64,000 bases of DNA from Eledone cirrhosa (Eukaryota). Below the pieces are notes generated by a model, which saw only the letters and a program-made list of their open reading frames with translations, was not told the DNA's origin and ran no database searches. Below are positions 13,678-24,770 of this stretch, in pieces. Made by a program: the position numbers and the translations under genes. The stretch spans positions 143,902,001-143,966,000 of the forward strand of contig OZ024741.1 of assembly GCA_964016885.1 (NCBI GenBank). Reading direction: 5' to 3'. The first letter of the stretch is position 1. The number at the start of each line of letters is the position of its first letter.

Positions 13678-13775
13678 TTATCCTCGACTACGTAGTTTCG
13701 TGGCTATTATGCAAAAACATTACATCATAGAGATGCAGTATTTTTGTGAGGTTTGCCGACTTATCAAGAGGATAC
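13678..13775 (-). ncRNA. Mirror copy of the hammerhead motif (same strand as CISD3)
   Basis: Reverse complement of 14043-14140 with two substitutions: stem II 3' side reads GCCAC and stem I is shortened to 7 bp. Confidence 0.72.
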
Positions 13776-14042
13776 CTCATTTAGAGTTTCAAAACCCGTC
13801 CGTAGGACGCGAGATAGAATCCCGAAAGGCGGAGGGGGGACTTATCACGTGATACAGTGGTCAAGAAACAGAGCTAAGCCTCTTACAACCAAGAGAAAAA
13901 TACCACCTTTTGTGGTATTTTTCTCTTGGTTGTAAGAGGCTTAGCTCTGTTTCTTGACCACTGTATCACGTGATAAGTCCCCCCTCCGCCTTTCGGGATT
14001 CTATCTCGCGTCCTACGGACGGGTTTTGAAACTCTAAATGAG

Positions 14043-14140
14043 TTATCCTCTTGATAAGTCGGCAAACCTCACAAAAATACTGCATCTCTATGATGTAATG
14101 TTTTTGCATAATAGCCGCGAAACTACGTAGTCGAGGATAA
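14043..14140 (+). ncRNA. Type I hammerhead ribozyme motif (U3-A8 variant core)
   Basis: Stem I TTATCCTC(14043-50)/GAGGATAA(14133-40); core TTGATAA(14051-57); stem II GTCGGC...GCCGC extended by CAAAAA/TTTTTG and GCATC/GATGT; GAAA(14119-22); palindromic stem III CTACGTAG; GTC cleavage triplet ending at C14132. Confidence 0.75.
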
Positions 14141-15175
14141 TGAAGGAATTTAGGTATATTATATCTTTTTATTTATATCTAATGTCTCTTCTTTCTTTAT
14201 AATATATATATATATATATATATCGGAAAAGTAAATAACAACAAGGAGTACAGTTACGAAAGGTGTTCGGTATTTGGTTCACGCTTGAGAGTGTGTGTGG
14301 GGGGGAGGGGGGTGATTCTATGTGAAATGTAGTCGTTCCAACGTAAATGACTACGATAATATTCGATTGCTATAAATAATATTTCTGAAGACTGGGAAAA
14401 GGGGACAGAGGTGCCTACGTTGAGACGACTACAATTCAAATTTTCTAAATGTTTCTTAATTCAACCTCCTATTTAAATACATATACATTCTTTAAGCTTT
14501 AAACAACCTAAACTACGTAATTAAATCAAGGATATTATCCAAATCTATAACATAAGGATACAATATTATGAAGATCGATAAATTTATGCATCAAAATAGA
14601 AATAAAGAATGAATCATGGAGCAAATTTTGAATTTTGACAAATTGTTAGCTGAAAGTAAGCTGTTTCACCTTAGTTTTTTTTCCTTCTATTTTTTTATTA
14701 CTTTTTTTTTGTCAAACAAGCTGGTCTTTAAGCTATCAAAGACGGCAAAGGGGGACAGTATCACCCGTAGGAATCGAACTCACATCTTTTTATAGTAAAA
14801 ACAAAAACTTATGTTATAACAATTTACTTTCAAAATTAAAATTTGCTCAGCGGTTCATGATTACAATCGGTTCTTTGTTTATATCTACTGACCGATAGTT
14901 AAGGCTTAAAAATGCCGGCTGAGTGGCCAGTCACATTTAGGTGCAATAGTAGTGTCAGGCATACAACAGATGTGAGTTCGATTTCCACAGGCGATACTGT
15001 CCAATTTTCCACCTCTAGAAGCTTATATGGCCAACTTATTTGTTTTATTCTCATAGTAAAGAAAACTTTTAAAAAAACAAAGAAAAAAAACCTATGTTCA
15101 AGAAATAAGACTGTTTATCAAAGATGTAATTTCTATAGTTCAGGCTAGTATTAATACAAGTAGTTATCTCCTCAC

Positions 15176-15266
15176 CATCACACCAAGGTTGTTTTTTACT
15201 TAGTCCACAGGCGCACCAGTATTTCACTGTCCCAACTTTAAGATCTTTCACAGAGCAAGGACCATA
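15176..15266 (-). CDS. CISD3: CISD3-like internal exon (first CDGSH motif)
   Basis: tttgcag|TAT...GAT G|gtgag; 91 nt; YGPCSVKDLKVGTVKYWCACGLSKKQPWCDG. Confidence 0.93.
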
Positions 15267-15306
15267 CTGCAAATACAATTGAAAACGCAGTACATTATTA
15301 TCATCA

Positions 15307-15339
<33 letters not shown>

Positions 15340-15659
15340 CTTTGTTGTTTAGTCAATCAAGATATATGGGAATATCGCTCCACAAATTTTGTTAATCTTC
15401 ACGTGTTTACATTACATTAAATGTTATATTTTTGTCACAAACTGTGACACCCATTGCTCAGTGTAAAGGTGACCCCATGATATTTGGGCCTTGTGCCCAA
15501 ATATTTGAACTTTGGGTGGGTGGGGGTTTCTTTCAAAAATATGGATGGGATACACCTCCTCTCGTTAAGCCAGCTATCATGTGACAGCGGCTCAAACGTT
15601 GACAGAAGTGACATTGTCCCACCACCATTATGAACAGTGTTACTACTACCACCACTATA

Positions 15660-17690
15660 GGCAGCATCGCCAACAGCAACAACAATAACAGCCGCACCAA
15701 CAATAAAAAGAAAACAAACGAGTGCAACAATGGCAATGACAACAACATTAACAACACCTAGAGCAAAAAAAGCGAAAAATTGAGAGCAACAACTGCAACA
15801 ATGACAACAGCAACAACAACGTGAACACTAATAGCAACAGCAACAATGAAAAGCAGCAAAACAGCAACAACAAGAAGAACGACGACAACACTAACAGCAA
15901 CAACAAAAGAACTTTTGCGGCCACAGCTGAAAAAGCCCAAACTCTGTACACAATGGACATTTCCGAGAAGAAAGAACGTTTGGCCCAGGCAGCAAAAATT
16001 CTAACAAGAGAAAAGACCTGAGCCAACATAAATGTTCCGTCAGAGATACTGACAGCAACAGAAAGAAGAACTCTGAAGTGAAAGTGCATTTCGGTGCAAT
16101 CTCGCAAAGCAGAGCTGGCCTCCCAACCACAAGTGGAGGCCGTACTGAAGTGCATCATAAATCACATTGAGCACATAGCAAAGGCCAAACAATTCGGGAG
16201 AATCTCGGTGTTCTTCAAAACTGTGGACCTGGACCAACCGCATAGGGTCATCTAGATCGTATATAGATAGGTATTTTGTTAGGTAAGCAGATAAGGATAG
16301 TATAGGCTGTCTACATTTCTGAAAGGTCACCTATTCAGATCACTAATTTGTGATCTGCATGTAGGCTAGGACTTGGTTACTGGAAGCTTAACACATCATT
16401 ACTGGTGCGTAAAGCCAATAGGTTTCAGAAGTAATGATAGAAAAAATATGAGGGGGAGCTGGTAGCTAAATTAGATGAGACGATTAGAAGTGGCATTGTA
16501 ACTGATCTGCTAGCGGCGAGAATGGCATTAGACCATTTCTTCAATGCAAAACACGAAGGTTGCATTGTCAGAGTTATGGAGCGTGGTCTAAGAAATGAGG
16601 GAACAAAAGCTGTTCGATGGGCCCAAGTGGCGGAAACACAGCTTGGTAAAAAAAAAAAAACCACGATTCAGTCTTTGACGAACCGAGACGAACGCATGCA
16701 GAACGATACCAGGCAGATGTATGTGGCCTTTCGCTACACTTTGCTCGACTGTTCGGAGGGAGCAGGCGGTCGGAGATGGTGGCGGACTTCAGTTCCTACA
16801 CGATGGCCTGCCACATCTCTCACCAGGCGATGCTGAATGCTCCGAAAAGCTAACATCAGCTGAAATTCGGGATGCCCTGGTCTGCTGCACGAGGCGCAAG
16901 TCTGTTTGGATGGTCTGCCCTACGAGTTTTACGTAGATATGCTAGACTTGTTATCCGATCTCCTCGAATCGATCTACTACAACTGGCAGCAGAACGGGAG
17001 TATTCCTAGTTCTGTGAGCCGAGGTGTAGTAATGCTGATAAGGAAAGACGAGAACAATAGGGGTACTTTATATATATCATCAGCCCCATAACTCTGCTAA
17101 ACACAGAGTTTGATTTTGGTCAAGGTGTGAGCGAAGAGGTTGACCCTTGTTGTCAAGAGTCTGGTAGGGGAGGCGCAAACTTGTCCATACACGACAACCT
17201 CCACTTCATGCAATACATCATAGGGCAGATATGGTGTAAATTTGGCTTCGGTGTGGCTATGATCAATTTAGATCAATCGAAAGCTTTCAATAGGGTCGAC
17301 CATTGATAACTGGAAGCTATCCTCAAGGTCCCGTTTTCAGAGGCAGGATAGCTGCAATGCAAAGCGGCGTCTGTTCGGTGGTAAAAAGGTCCCGTTTTCA
17401 GAGGCAGGATAGCTGCAATGCAAAGCGGCGTCTGTTCGGTGGTAAAGTAAATGGCTACCTTTCGGAATCGATTCAGATCACGCGATCGGTCCATCAAGGG
17501 TGTTCTCTTACCTCCTTTCTGTACGTATTAACTGTCGACCCTTTACTGCAGAACCTGGAGCTGTTGTAGGGTATCCCGCTCGAACCGGGACGTGAAAGTT
17601 CTATGTCAGCATATGTGGACGACATCGCTGTGATGGTCTCGAACTTCTCAGAAATCAAGGTGCTCGGCACCTTCGTAGAGGAATATCGAA
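15660..17690 (+). mobile_element. Decayed L1/Tx1-like LINE ((AAC)n-rich leader, ORF1-like remnant, RT remnant)
   Basis: 'DGLPYEFY', 'DQSKAFNRVDH', 'RSVHQGCSL...LYVL' and 'YVDD' at ~17611-17622; many stops; internal ~61-bp tandem duplication at ~17326-17446. The ORF1 assignment is tentative. Confidence 0.8.
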
Positions 17691-17887
17691 ACCTGTTTAC
17701 ATCTCTTTACGTATCCAATTTAAAACTCGACTTAGATCAACTTTGTGTTTTATTCTTCCAGAGTCGATAAAAACCAGATACCAGTCAACTTCTCAGGTTG
17801 ATAGTTCGTGAGGTTATGAGTTTGATTCTTAAACCAGGCGGCACGTTGTGTCATTGAGCGAGAAAGTTTTAATACTTGTACGACGTT

Positions 17888-18095
17888 GGGCGGTGGATTG
17901 GCAGAGGGTCGGACGCCATGCTTTGCAGCATAGAGTTACGGCCCCTTGTGATCTGAGTTCAAATCCCGCCAAGGTTAATTTTGCCTTTCATCCTTACGGG
18001 GTCAATAAAATAAAGTACCAGTCATACACTGGGGTCGATTTAATCGACTTTCCCCTCCCCCAAAATTGTTGGCCTTGTGTCTATATAAGAAACCA
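17888..18095 (+). mobile_element. tRNA-derived Nin/Deu-core SINE
   Basis: Same head, B-box and core as the copy at 4951. TSD-like AATACTTGTACGACGTT / AATACTTGTTCGACGTT. Confidence 0.85.
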
Positions 18096-18299
18096 ATACT
18101 TGTTCGACGTTAAATGATTTCCAAGTTTTTTTAAGGCACGCATTTCATTCAATGTGTATATTGAAAAGTTGTTACATTTGGGAGATGGGGCTATTGTTTT
18201 CTGCTAAAAAAATAATGCAAAGTACTCCCAGCATGTGCGTGGCTGGAAGTAAGCAAAATTCGAAAAACTTGTTGAAACTTTATAAAATGGATGAAATGG

Positions 18300-18533
18300 T
18301 TAAAATATCCATTACATAATAGAACTGTGAAACAGAAACTATTCTCTAAATGACACTTAAAACATTTTAAATATCAAAATATTTAAATTTCATAAGTATA
18401 TTCCCCACTCACGAGAATTTGAAAACTGCGCCATCTTAACATCTTAAGCTGCCACGACTTATACACGGAGTTTAGATTTTTGCCCATATTCCATATTTAG
18501 AATAAGGTTGACTTATATTCGAGTATATACGGT
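18300..18533. mobile_element. Tc1/mariner-pogo-type non-autonomous end (related copy ~24940-25158)
   Basis: Ends in GACTTATATTCGAGTATATACGGT with subterminal GACTTATAC repeats; second diverged copy in the window. Confidence 0.5.
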
Positions 18534-20134
18534 CCAAAATCATATCCTTGAAATAAGTGATTAAAATATTTTTATCTTTAATCACTCCTATGGGATTTCT
18601 CTTATGTAAACCATTAATTTATAAAAATGCAAATTTCTTAGTTTATATGACTGTTCATATATCCAGTAATCATGATATGTCATACCAATCCTGGACACCA
18701 ACAATTAAATATGTTCAATGCTACTCCTGTCAGTATTAATAGTACTGGTAGTATATTATTTTAATTTAGGCATAAGGTCAGCAAATTTGGAGGTAAAAGC
18801 AAAGTTGGTTAAATCAGCTTCAGTATTTGATTCTTACTTTATTTTATCACCGACCTCTGAAGGATGAAAGGTAAAGTTGACCTCGGTGGGATATGAACTC
18901 AGAATGTAAAGAGCCAGGACAAATACTGCAATACCATTTATCCGACGGTCTACTAATTCTGCCAATCCACCACCATCAAATATGTTGAGTATTTAAAAAA
19001 AACTAAACTATCCAAAGTGGGGTGAACCGCCAATTTCAAAGGGTAGGGAGGTAGTTAATTATATCGGCTCCAGCACTAAATTTTATCTTCTTTGTCCACC
19101 TATTCGGAGGCAGAGGGCAAAAGAAAGTGATGAAACTTGAAAGATTGTTATCAGAAGGATTTGTAAAGAAATAGAACAAATACCACAATAGCATTTTATC
19201 CGACGCTCTACCAATTCTGTCAATCCTCCATGGGTAGTGTAATGTAAATAGTCCATTGAGTTGAATAAGATAGTTTGGAGTGCCTAAGAGAGTTTTGACA
19301 TATCAGGTAGAGCTCTTCAACGAAGATGGTAAATTACCACACAATTTTTGTGTGCTGAAGGAAGGAGAGAGAGAGAGAGAGAAAATATGTTACTGTTGTT
19401 GCCACTGTTGCTGTTCGATTGTAAGATTCTAAGAATTCTCTCTTTTTCCTCACGGCAAAATAACTTATTCCACTTTCTCAACTGTTTGTATTTACTATCA
19501 TCGGATACTACTGTTGCAGGATTTGATCTAGTTTTATGGTGTACACATACACGTATGTTTATGTATACGTCAATAGTGAGGATTTTTAGAACACATTTTG
19601 GGGGGGGGTTATTTTGTGTTTGTTTGTTTTTTTATCTTTAGTCGGGAAGGAGTGGGAGAGGAGGAGGTCAGAGCGCTCGACCCTTTTACGACATTTACAA
19701 ATACGACTTAAGCTAGAAAATAGAATACAGCCCATGTATATGCGTATTTATCTCTCACTTTCTCACTATATATATATGACGTAGCTAACTTCGAGCATAT
19801 ATATATATATATCAGTGACGAAGGGTAACATGGAAAGCAGCACATGCAGCCCAATCGCCATGGCGGAAAGCCTTACACCCCCACCCCCCCAATTCCCTCT
19901 AAATGACCCTCCCGATCAAAGCCGCATGTAGTAAGCAGTCAAAATTGTGCTTGCCCCAAAGCTGTCGTGTGTATGTGTGTGTGTTATCTTTATTTGTGAC
20001 TATACGTTTTAGTAAGCAGCCAAAATTCTGCTTGCTTCAACCGATGCAATTGATCAACTCAAGATTCTATAACGCATGCACTGCATGCGTTGCTTGCACG
20101 GACCCTTCACCCCTGATATATATATATATATTTA

Positions 20135-20400
20135 TGGAGGTGTTACAAAAGTTCATAGCGTTTCTAAAGGAAATTCATTACCAATATTTAAATAATTGTA
20201 CACATCTTTAATCAACTACATATTTTCCATTTTGTTCCACTACCGTTCGCAATTTTTGAGGAAACTTCATGATTCCATTCACCTGGAACTTGGCATATTT
20301 CTGGGTCATGAACTGGTCTAGGTAGCTTTGAAGTCTTCTAAAGAATCGCAGTTCTTCCCATTAATAACATATTGAAGGGGTCGTTTTTTTTTGCTCCGTT
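20135..20400 (-). mobile_element. mariner transposase C-terminal remnant
   Basis: Minus strand 20280-20221 reads NGIMKFPQKLRTVVEQNGKY, resembling the mariner C-terminal GI.KL..RW..VV..NG.Y motif. Confidence 0.65.
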
Positions 20401-21514
20401 TGAGCAGAGAATCGTAGTTGAAAATGTGCTCTATTAATTATTTTCATTCAGGCGGCAGGACAAACCATGTAGACCTGTGGAGTAGAGGTATCTGCTACAG
20501 CAATATCTCAGATCCCCACAGACATCGGCTCCCACTCGGAGTGCAATGAAGATGCGGAGCTCATCTTGACTAAGAAGACCACCAATGTTGGCCACAGTCA
20601 GGGCATCAATCGAGTCCCATGAGAGCTTTGTGCTTGCAGAAAGTAAGCGGCACCTGAATGATCAAAGAGAGAGTTAAGAGTTTTGCTCGAACGTAGATTG
20701 TCCCATATTCTCTGCTTCCGTCTATCCTCGTCAGTATCAGGAACTGACAAAGCCAGCTTTCTGTAGTAAAATGTCATCCATCTCCCTTGTAGAACTGGTC
20801 CATGTTGAAAAGGAGAGGATGTCACCCACTACAGGAGTGGATGGAGGAAAGAAAACAAGGTAGAGACAAAGACGAGCATTTACGCAGACCGAGATCTCCA
20901 AACTGTTTGGGCAAAGCAGTCTGGTCGCAGGACTCTGGGGAGAGTCGATCATTGACCAGACCCTCGAGCTCATTGAATATTAAGGTGTCAAAGCGTTGGG
21001 GAGACGATAAAAAATATGTCGGGCATATAAACCCTGGAGACGGAAGAAAAAAAATTGTACGGCACCGCTCGTGGGACGTGAACCCACATCTGCAACATAC
21101 CGTTTTGCTGTGCTAAACACTAAAGCGCCACTGACAAATTTTTCCGTTATATTAAGCCTTACTAATCAGCCAGTAGATATGTAAATATATGCACACACAC
21201 ACATATATATATAGTCATTTAACGCCCGTTTTCCGTATCAGTAAGATTGTACATATTGTTACAAACCAAGCCAGTGTTTAATCGGGGTCACAGACCTCTC
21301 AGACAGGCTTACATATGATCGCGCACTCTACAGAGTGTACTGGGTACATTTTGTCGTAGCACCAGTACGAGGGAGGTTGTCATGTCTGGTGTGTGTTCAT
21401 CTATATACTTATTCGTATGTTTATCTACCTACCTTCGTCCTTTCTGTTTGACCCTTGACTTTGATAGGAAAAGCATTTAAAGAAAACATGGAAAATAAGA
21501 TAATAATGTTTTAC

Positions 21515-21598
21515 CATAGGAATAGCGGGATACTTTCTTTTCATAGTAGCATCATCATCTGCAATTATGGCATCATTAACATTGGCTTTCGTGTCCAT
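21515..21598 (-). CDS. CISD3: Probable first coding exon of the CISD3-like gene
   Basis: ATG at 21598; MDTKANVNDAIIADDDATMKRKYPAIPM|gtaaaa, phase 0, joins in frame to YGPCSV. The frame stays open upstream to a candidate acceptor (ctcttctgtctgacag|, exon start 21647), so a further upstream exon is possible. Confidence 0.6.
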
Positions 21599-22732
21599 TA
21601 TATTGCAGGGATGAAATTTCAACTCATTGTTATTAATGTCTGACTGTCTGTCAGACAGAAGAGTTGATGGACAGAGTGGGGGAATATGTGAGTTTAGTAT
21701 GACTAGTAGACAGATAGCGGGAGAGAAAAAGTTGTGAGTGATGATGAGGTGTGTACGCGCAAGAATCTGACTGAGTAAAGAGATGAAAGAGAGAGTTTGT
21801 ACTTGGGTGTGTGCGTGATTATTGTTATCTACCCCACTCCATCTCGCTATTCTCTATGTAGAATTCATGCCCTTTGCACACACACACACACACACATTTT
21901 GTTACGTTGATTATCATTTACAGATTGTCTTACCTGCTATCTCCCTGTACACAGTGTTGCTTACTCAGAAGTTAAGAAATAATACTAGCATACACACATA
22001 CCTATGGACACACGCAGATTTATATATGTAGTGCCTCGCTTTCTCTCTCTAATATATATATAGAGAGAGAGAGAGAAAGAGAGGCACACGTACACACACA
22101 CGTATATTATATATACACATACATATGCACGCGTGCATGGTCCCGTAACTTGTGAGGGAGTCGTAGGGGTGCCATATCGATATACACCGTTTCTTAGCAG
22201 AGCCCATCTCCTCTCCAGGTCTGAATATAGCACATTTCTTCGAGAGAGGGATAGTGAGTGAGAGAATGGAAACGAGAAATAAATATAGAGGAAGAATCGA
22301 TCCCAGTAGTAGACTGGTACTTTTTTTATCTACTTCGAATGGATGAAAGGCAAAGTTGATCTCGGCGGGACTTGAACTTTGAGAGCAGACAGCTTAAACG
22401 CAGCTACACATACAGATTTAAAAAAACAAAACAAACGCTATAGGCGAGATAACTCAAAGCAAGAACAAAACAATTACACGCTTAACTCCCTTATTAGAAA
22501 ATTTTTAAATGTATAGGTATACAAAGCTGTATGTATGTACACGCATACGCGCGCGCACATGTATATATAATTATTCAAATCCCGTTAGAGCAATCAATTA
22601 AATTGATTGTTCAGCAAGAATCAAAGTCCGCTTACAGTATTGTTTACTCAACTTACGAATTATTCCAATTGGTACATCATGTGGTAGTTACATAGCTTCC
22701 AAGAGTAACAATTTATGGAGTTTTATAGAGAA

Positions 22733-23545
22733 CTAGCAGATTTACCCGGCGTTGCTCGGGGTTTGAAATTATGCTAAGAATATACAGCTAGGAAGTAAAA
22801 GAAGAACATTATTTGTCCCCAACCTGTCAAAATAAGCAGAAGTCTTCAATAATTAATGCAAACGAATATTTAGTGCAATCTTTGTACACATAAAACTATG
22901 CTGATAATGAAGGAAAACACTGAAGAGAATGTAATTATACAAATGATTAAAGACAATACACGTTGCAAATCTGTAAAAAAAACAGGCAGTTTTGCTAAAG
23001 TACAAAAAGTTGTAATGAAAGCAGAGTTGTATACAAACAAAAAAACAATGAGAGTAGAATAAGAGAAAATCTATTCTTTGAGAGCATCCTTTACTGTGTC
23101 TGGTTAAATTTTTAACTTATAATCCAAAATATCCTGCATGACATATTCATTGGTATGTTTTGTAATGAGTAAGGTGAAGTCAAGTATACCATTGCATAGT
23201 TTTGGAGGAGTGATATTTCTCAGCAAAATAACTGGTGTTCTCTCTTTCAGAACCAATGTATTGGGAGGTAAGCAATTTCTGAAAAGTTGGTTATCTCCCT
23301 TTTTTATAAGGATTGTCAATAAAGTGTTATCTCCCTTACATCAATTTTTCTACCGATAATTTTGATATCGATTTCTTATTGCTCAACGTGGGTCGATTTG
23401 AAAAATGTTTGTGATGTAACAATCTTAGCGACCTGTGCAATGTGCACAGAAAATTTGGTCAAATTCAGTTGGTAATTGTGAAAGCCTTATGCATGCAAAG
23501 TTGTACACAGACACACACATATCCTCGCTTTTATATATATAAAGA
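22733..23545 (-). mobile_element. Non-autonomous Helitron with a Pif1-helicase fragment
   Basis: Minus-strand 5' end TCTTTATATATATAAAA; 3' hairpin CCCGAGCAACGCCGGG followed by CTAG|T. Internal 'LPPNTLVLKERTPVILLRNITPPKLCNG' resembles a Helitron helicase motif. Confidence 0.85.
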
Positions 23546-23581
23546 CTAGCAGAACACCACCTGCGGGCGGTTTTCTGCTAG

Positions 23582-24095
23582 TCTATATATCTAAAACAGA
23601 GAATGTCTGTCTGTCTGTCAGCTCACTAAAACTTGAGAACCATCCAACCGATTGTTTTCAAACTTTAGACATGTAATACTTATGGTCCTGTGAGTGTTTT
23701 GAGCAAATATTATTTCAAATTTTCAATGCCCTAGGGACCGCATTAGGCGATTTAGCGTTCTCTCTATATAATTCTTAGTCTTTCTTTTTAGATAGATACA
23801 TAGATATAACGTTGCGCCCTTATAATATCTGTCTGTATGTCTGGCTGTCTGCATTACGTCATTATGACGCGCTCAGCGCGATTCCCTCGGCCTCAGTGAC
23901 CAAAGTTAGTGGAGAGGGGAAGGTAATGTTTCTGTAGCACGTGTTTTAGCGTCTATTCACTCTCTCTCTCTCTCCCTCCCGCTATCCCCCTCTCGTAGTC
24001 TGTCTCTTTCTTTCATTCTCACTCTCTCTCTACGCACGTGTTTCCACTGTCGGACAGACAGACAGAGAAATTGCTGGTTATATATATAAGTAGAT
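23582..24095. mobile_element. Helitron-like 5' ends (plus strand at 23582, minus strand at ~24094)
   Basis: TCTATATATCTAAAA...(GTCT)n on plus; TCTACTTATATATATAA...(GTCT)n on minus. No matching 3' ends were identified. Confidence 0.55.
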
Positions 24096-24359
24096 TACAA
24101 AAATATTATTTAAAACACCATTATGTAGTTACAACGAATTTTCAAAGTGGAAAATTCATTGTAACTACATATCTAAGCAGTTGGATGTGAGTTAATTCAA
24201 TTAGAATTATGAAATAATCAAAAGTTAGCGGATCAAGACTTATATGTAATACATATGATGCAATACGTGTGTAACACAATGTGTTACATCTGGATAATGA
24301 TGTTTTTAATAATATTTTTGTAATTTTCTATATATATATATTTTTTAAATAATCCCTTC

Positions 24360-24770
24360 TTCTTCGTCCACTTATTCCTGAGAGGGTCGTGGTGGCCTCA
24401 AACACCCCTTCCAGCAGGTCCTGTCAGAAGGATGCCCAAGCAAAACCAGCCAAGCTCATGGATGTTATCCAACTATCTTGCTCAGGTTCTACTACCGGTT
24501 GGTTTTACCTGTAAAATCTGTCCAGCGATTCTTTCCTGAGACATTCTAACCACATGCCCATAGAATCAGAGCTGTGATTTCTCAATTTGGAGAAGTAGCA
24601 GTCATACCTGGAGAGTGATTCTCTGATCTCCGAGCTACACACTCTATTTTGTAATGTTACTCCAAAGATCTTTTGGAGGAACCCCATTTCGGCCACTTGT
24701 ATTCGCGATCATATTCATGACCATAGGTAAGATTCATGACCATAGGTAAGGGTTGGCACGAATACCGAAT
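24360..24770 (-). mobile_element. RTE-like LINE 3' fragment
   Basis: 'QVAEMGFLQKIFGVTLQNRVCSSEIRESL', typical post-RT region. Confidence 0.7.

Larger units (their letters stand above)
13615..14203. repeat. Near-perfect inverted repeat (292-bp arms, 5-nt loop), probable Penelope-like pLTR foldback
   Basis: Arms 13615-13906 and 13912-14203 with only 3 mismatches seen; loop CTTTT. Mirror-image ORFs appear in the supplied track. (TA)n tracts at 13398-13444 and 14203-14223. Confidence 0.95.

Noticed and set aside
13753-14065. Two near-identical 60-aa ORFs on opposite strands
   Set aside because: They are mirror images created by the palindrome, start at TTG and carry no protein motif.
15533-16158. 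Hydrophobic Leu/Val-rich ORFs
   Set aside because: They are translations of the (AAC/AGC)n microsatellite.
19812-20113. Possible MITE with CAGTGACGAAGGG / CCCTTCACCCCTG ends (similar weak case at ~9358-9505)
   Set aside because: The terminal repeats are short and imperfect, and I could not confirm a TSD or a second copy.
20450-20970. GC-richer block with short ORFs, possibly an L1/Tx1 C-terminal remnant
   Set aside because: I found no diagnostic motif, so it is not listed as a feature.
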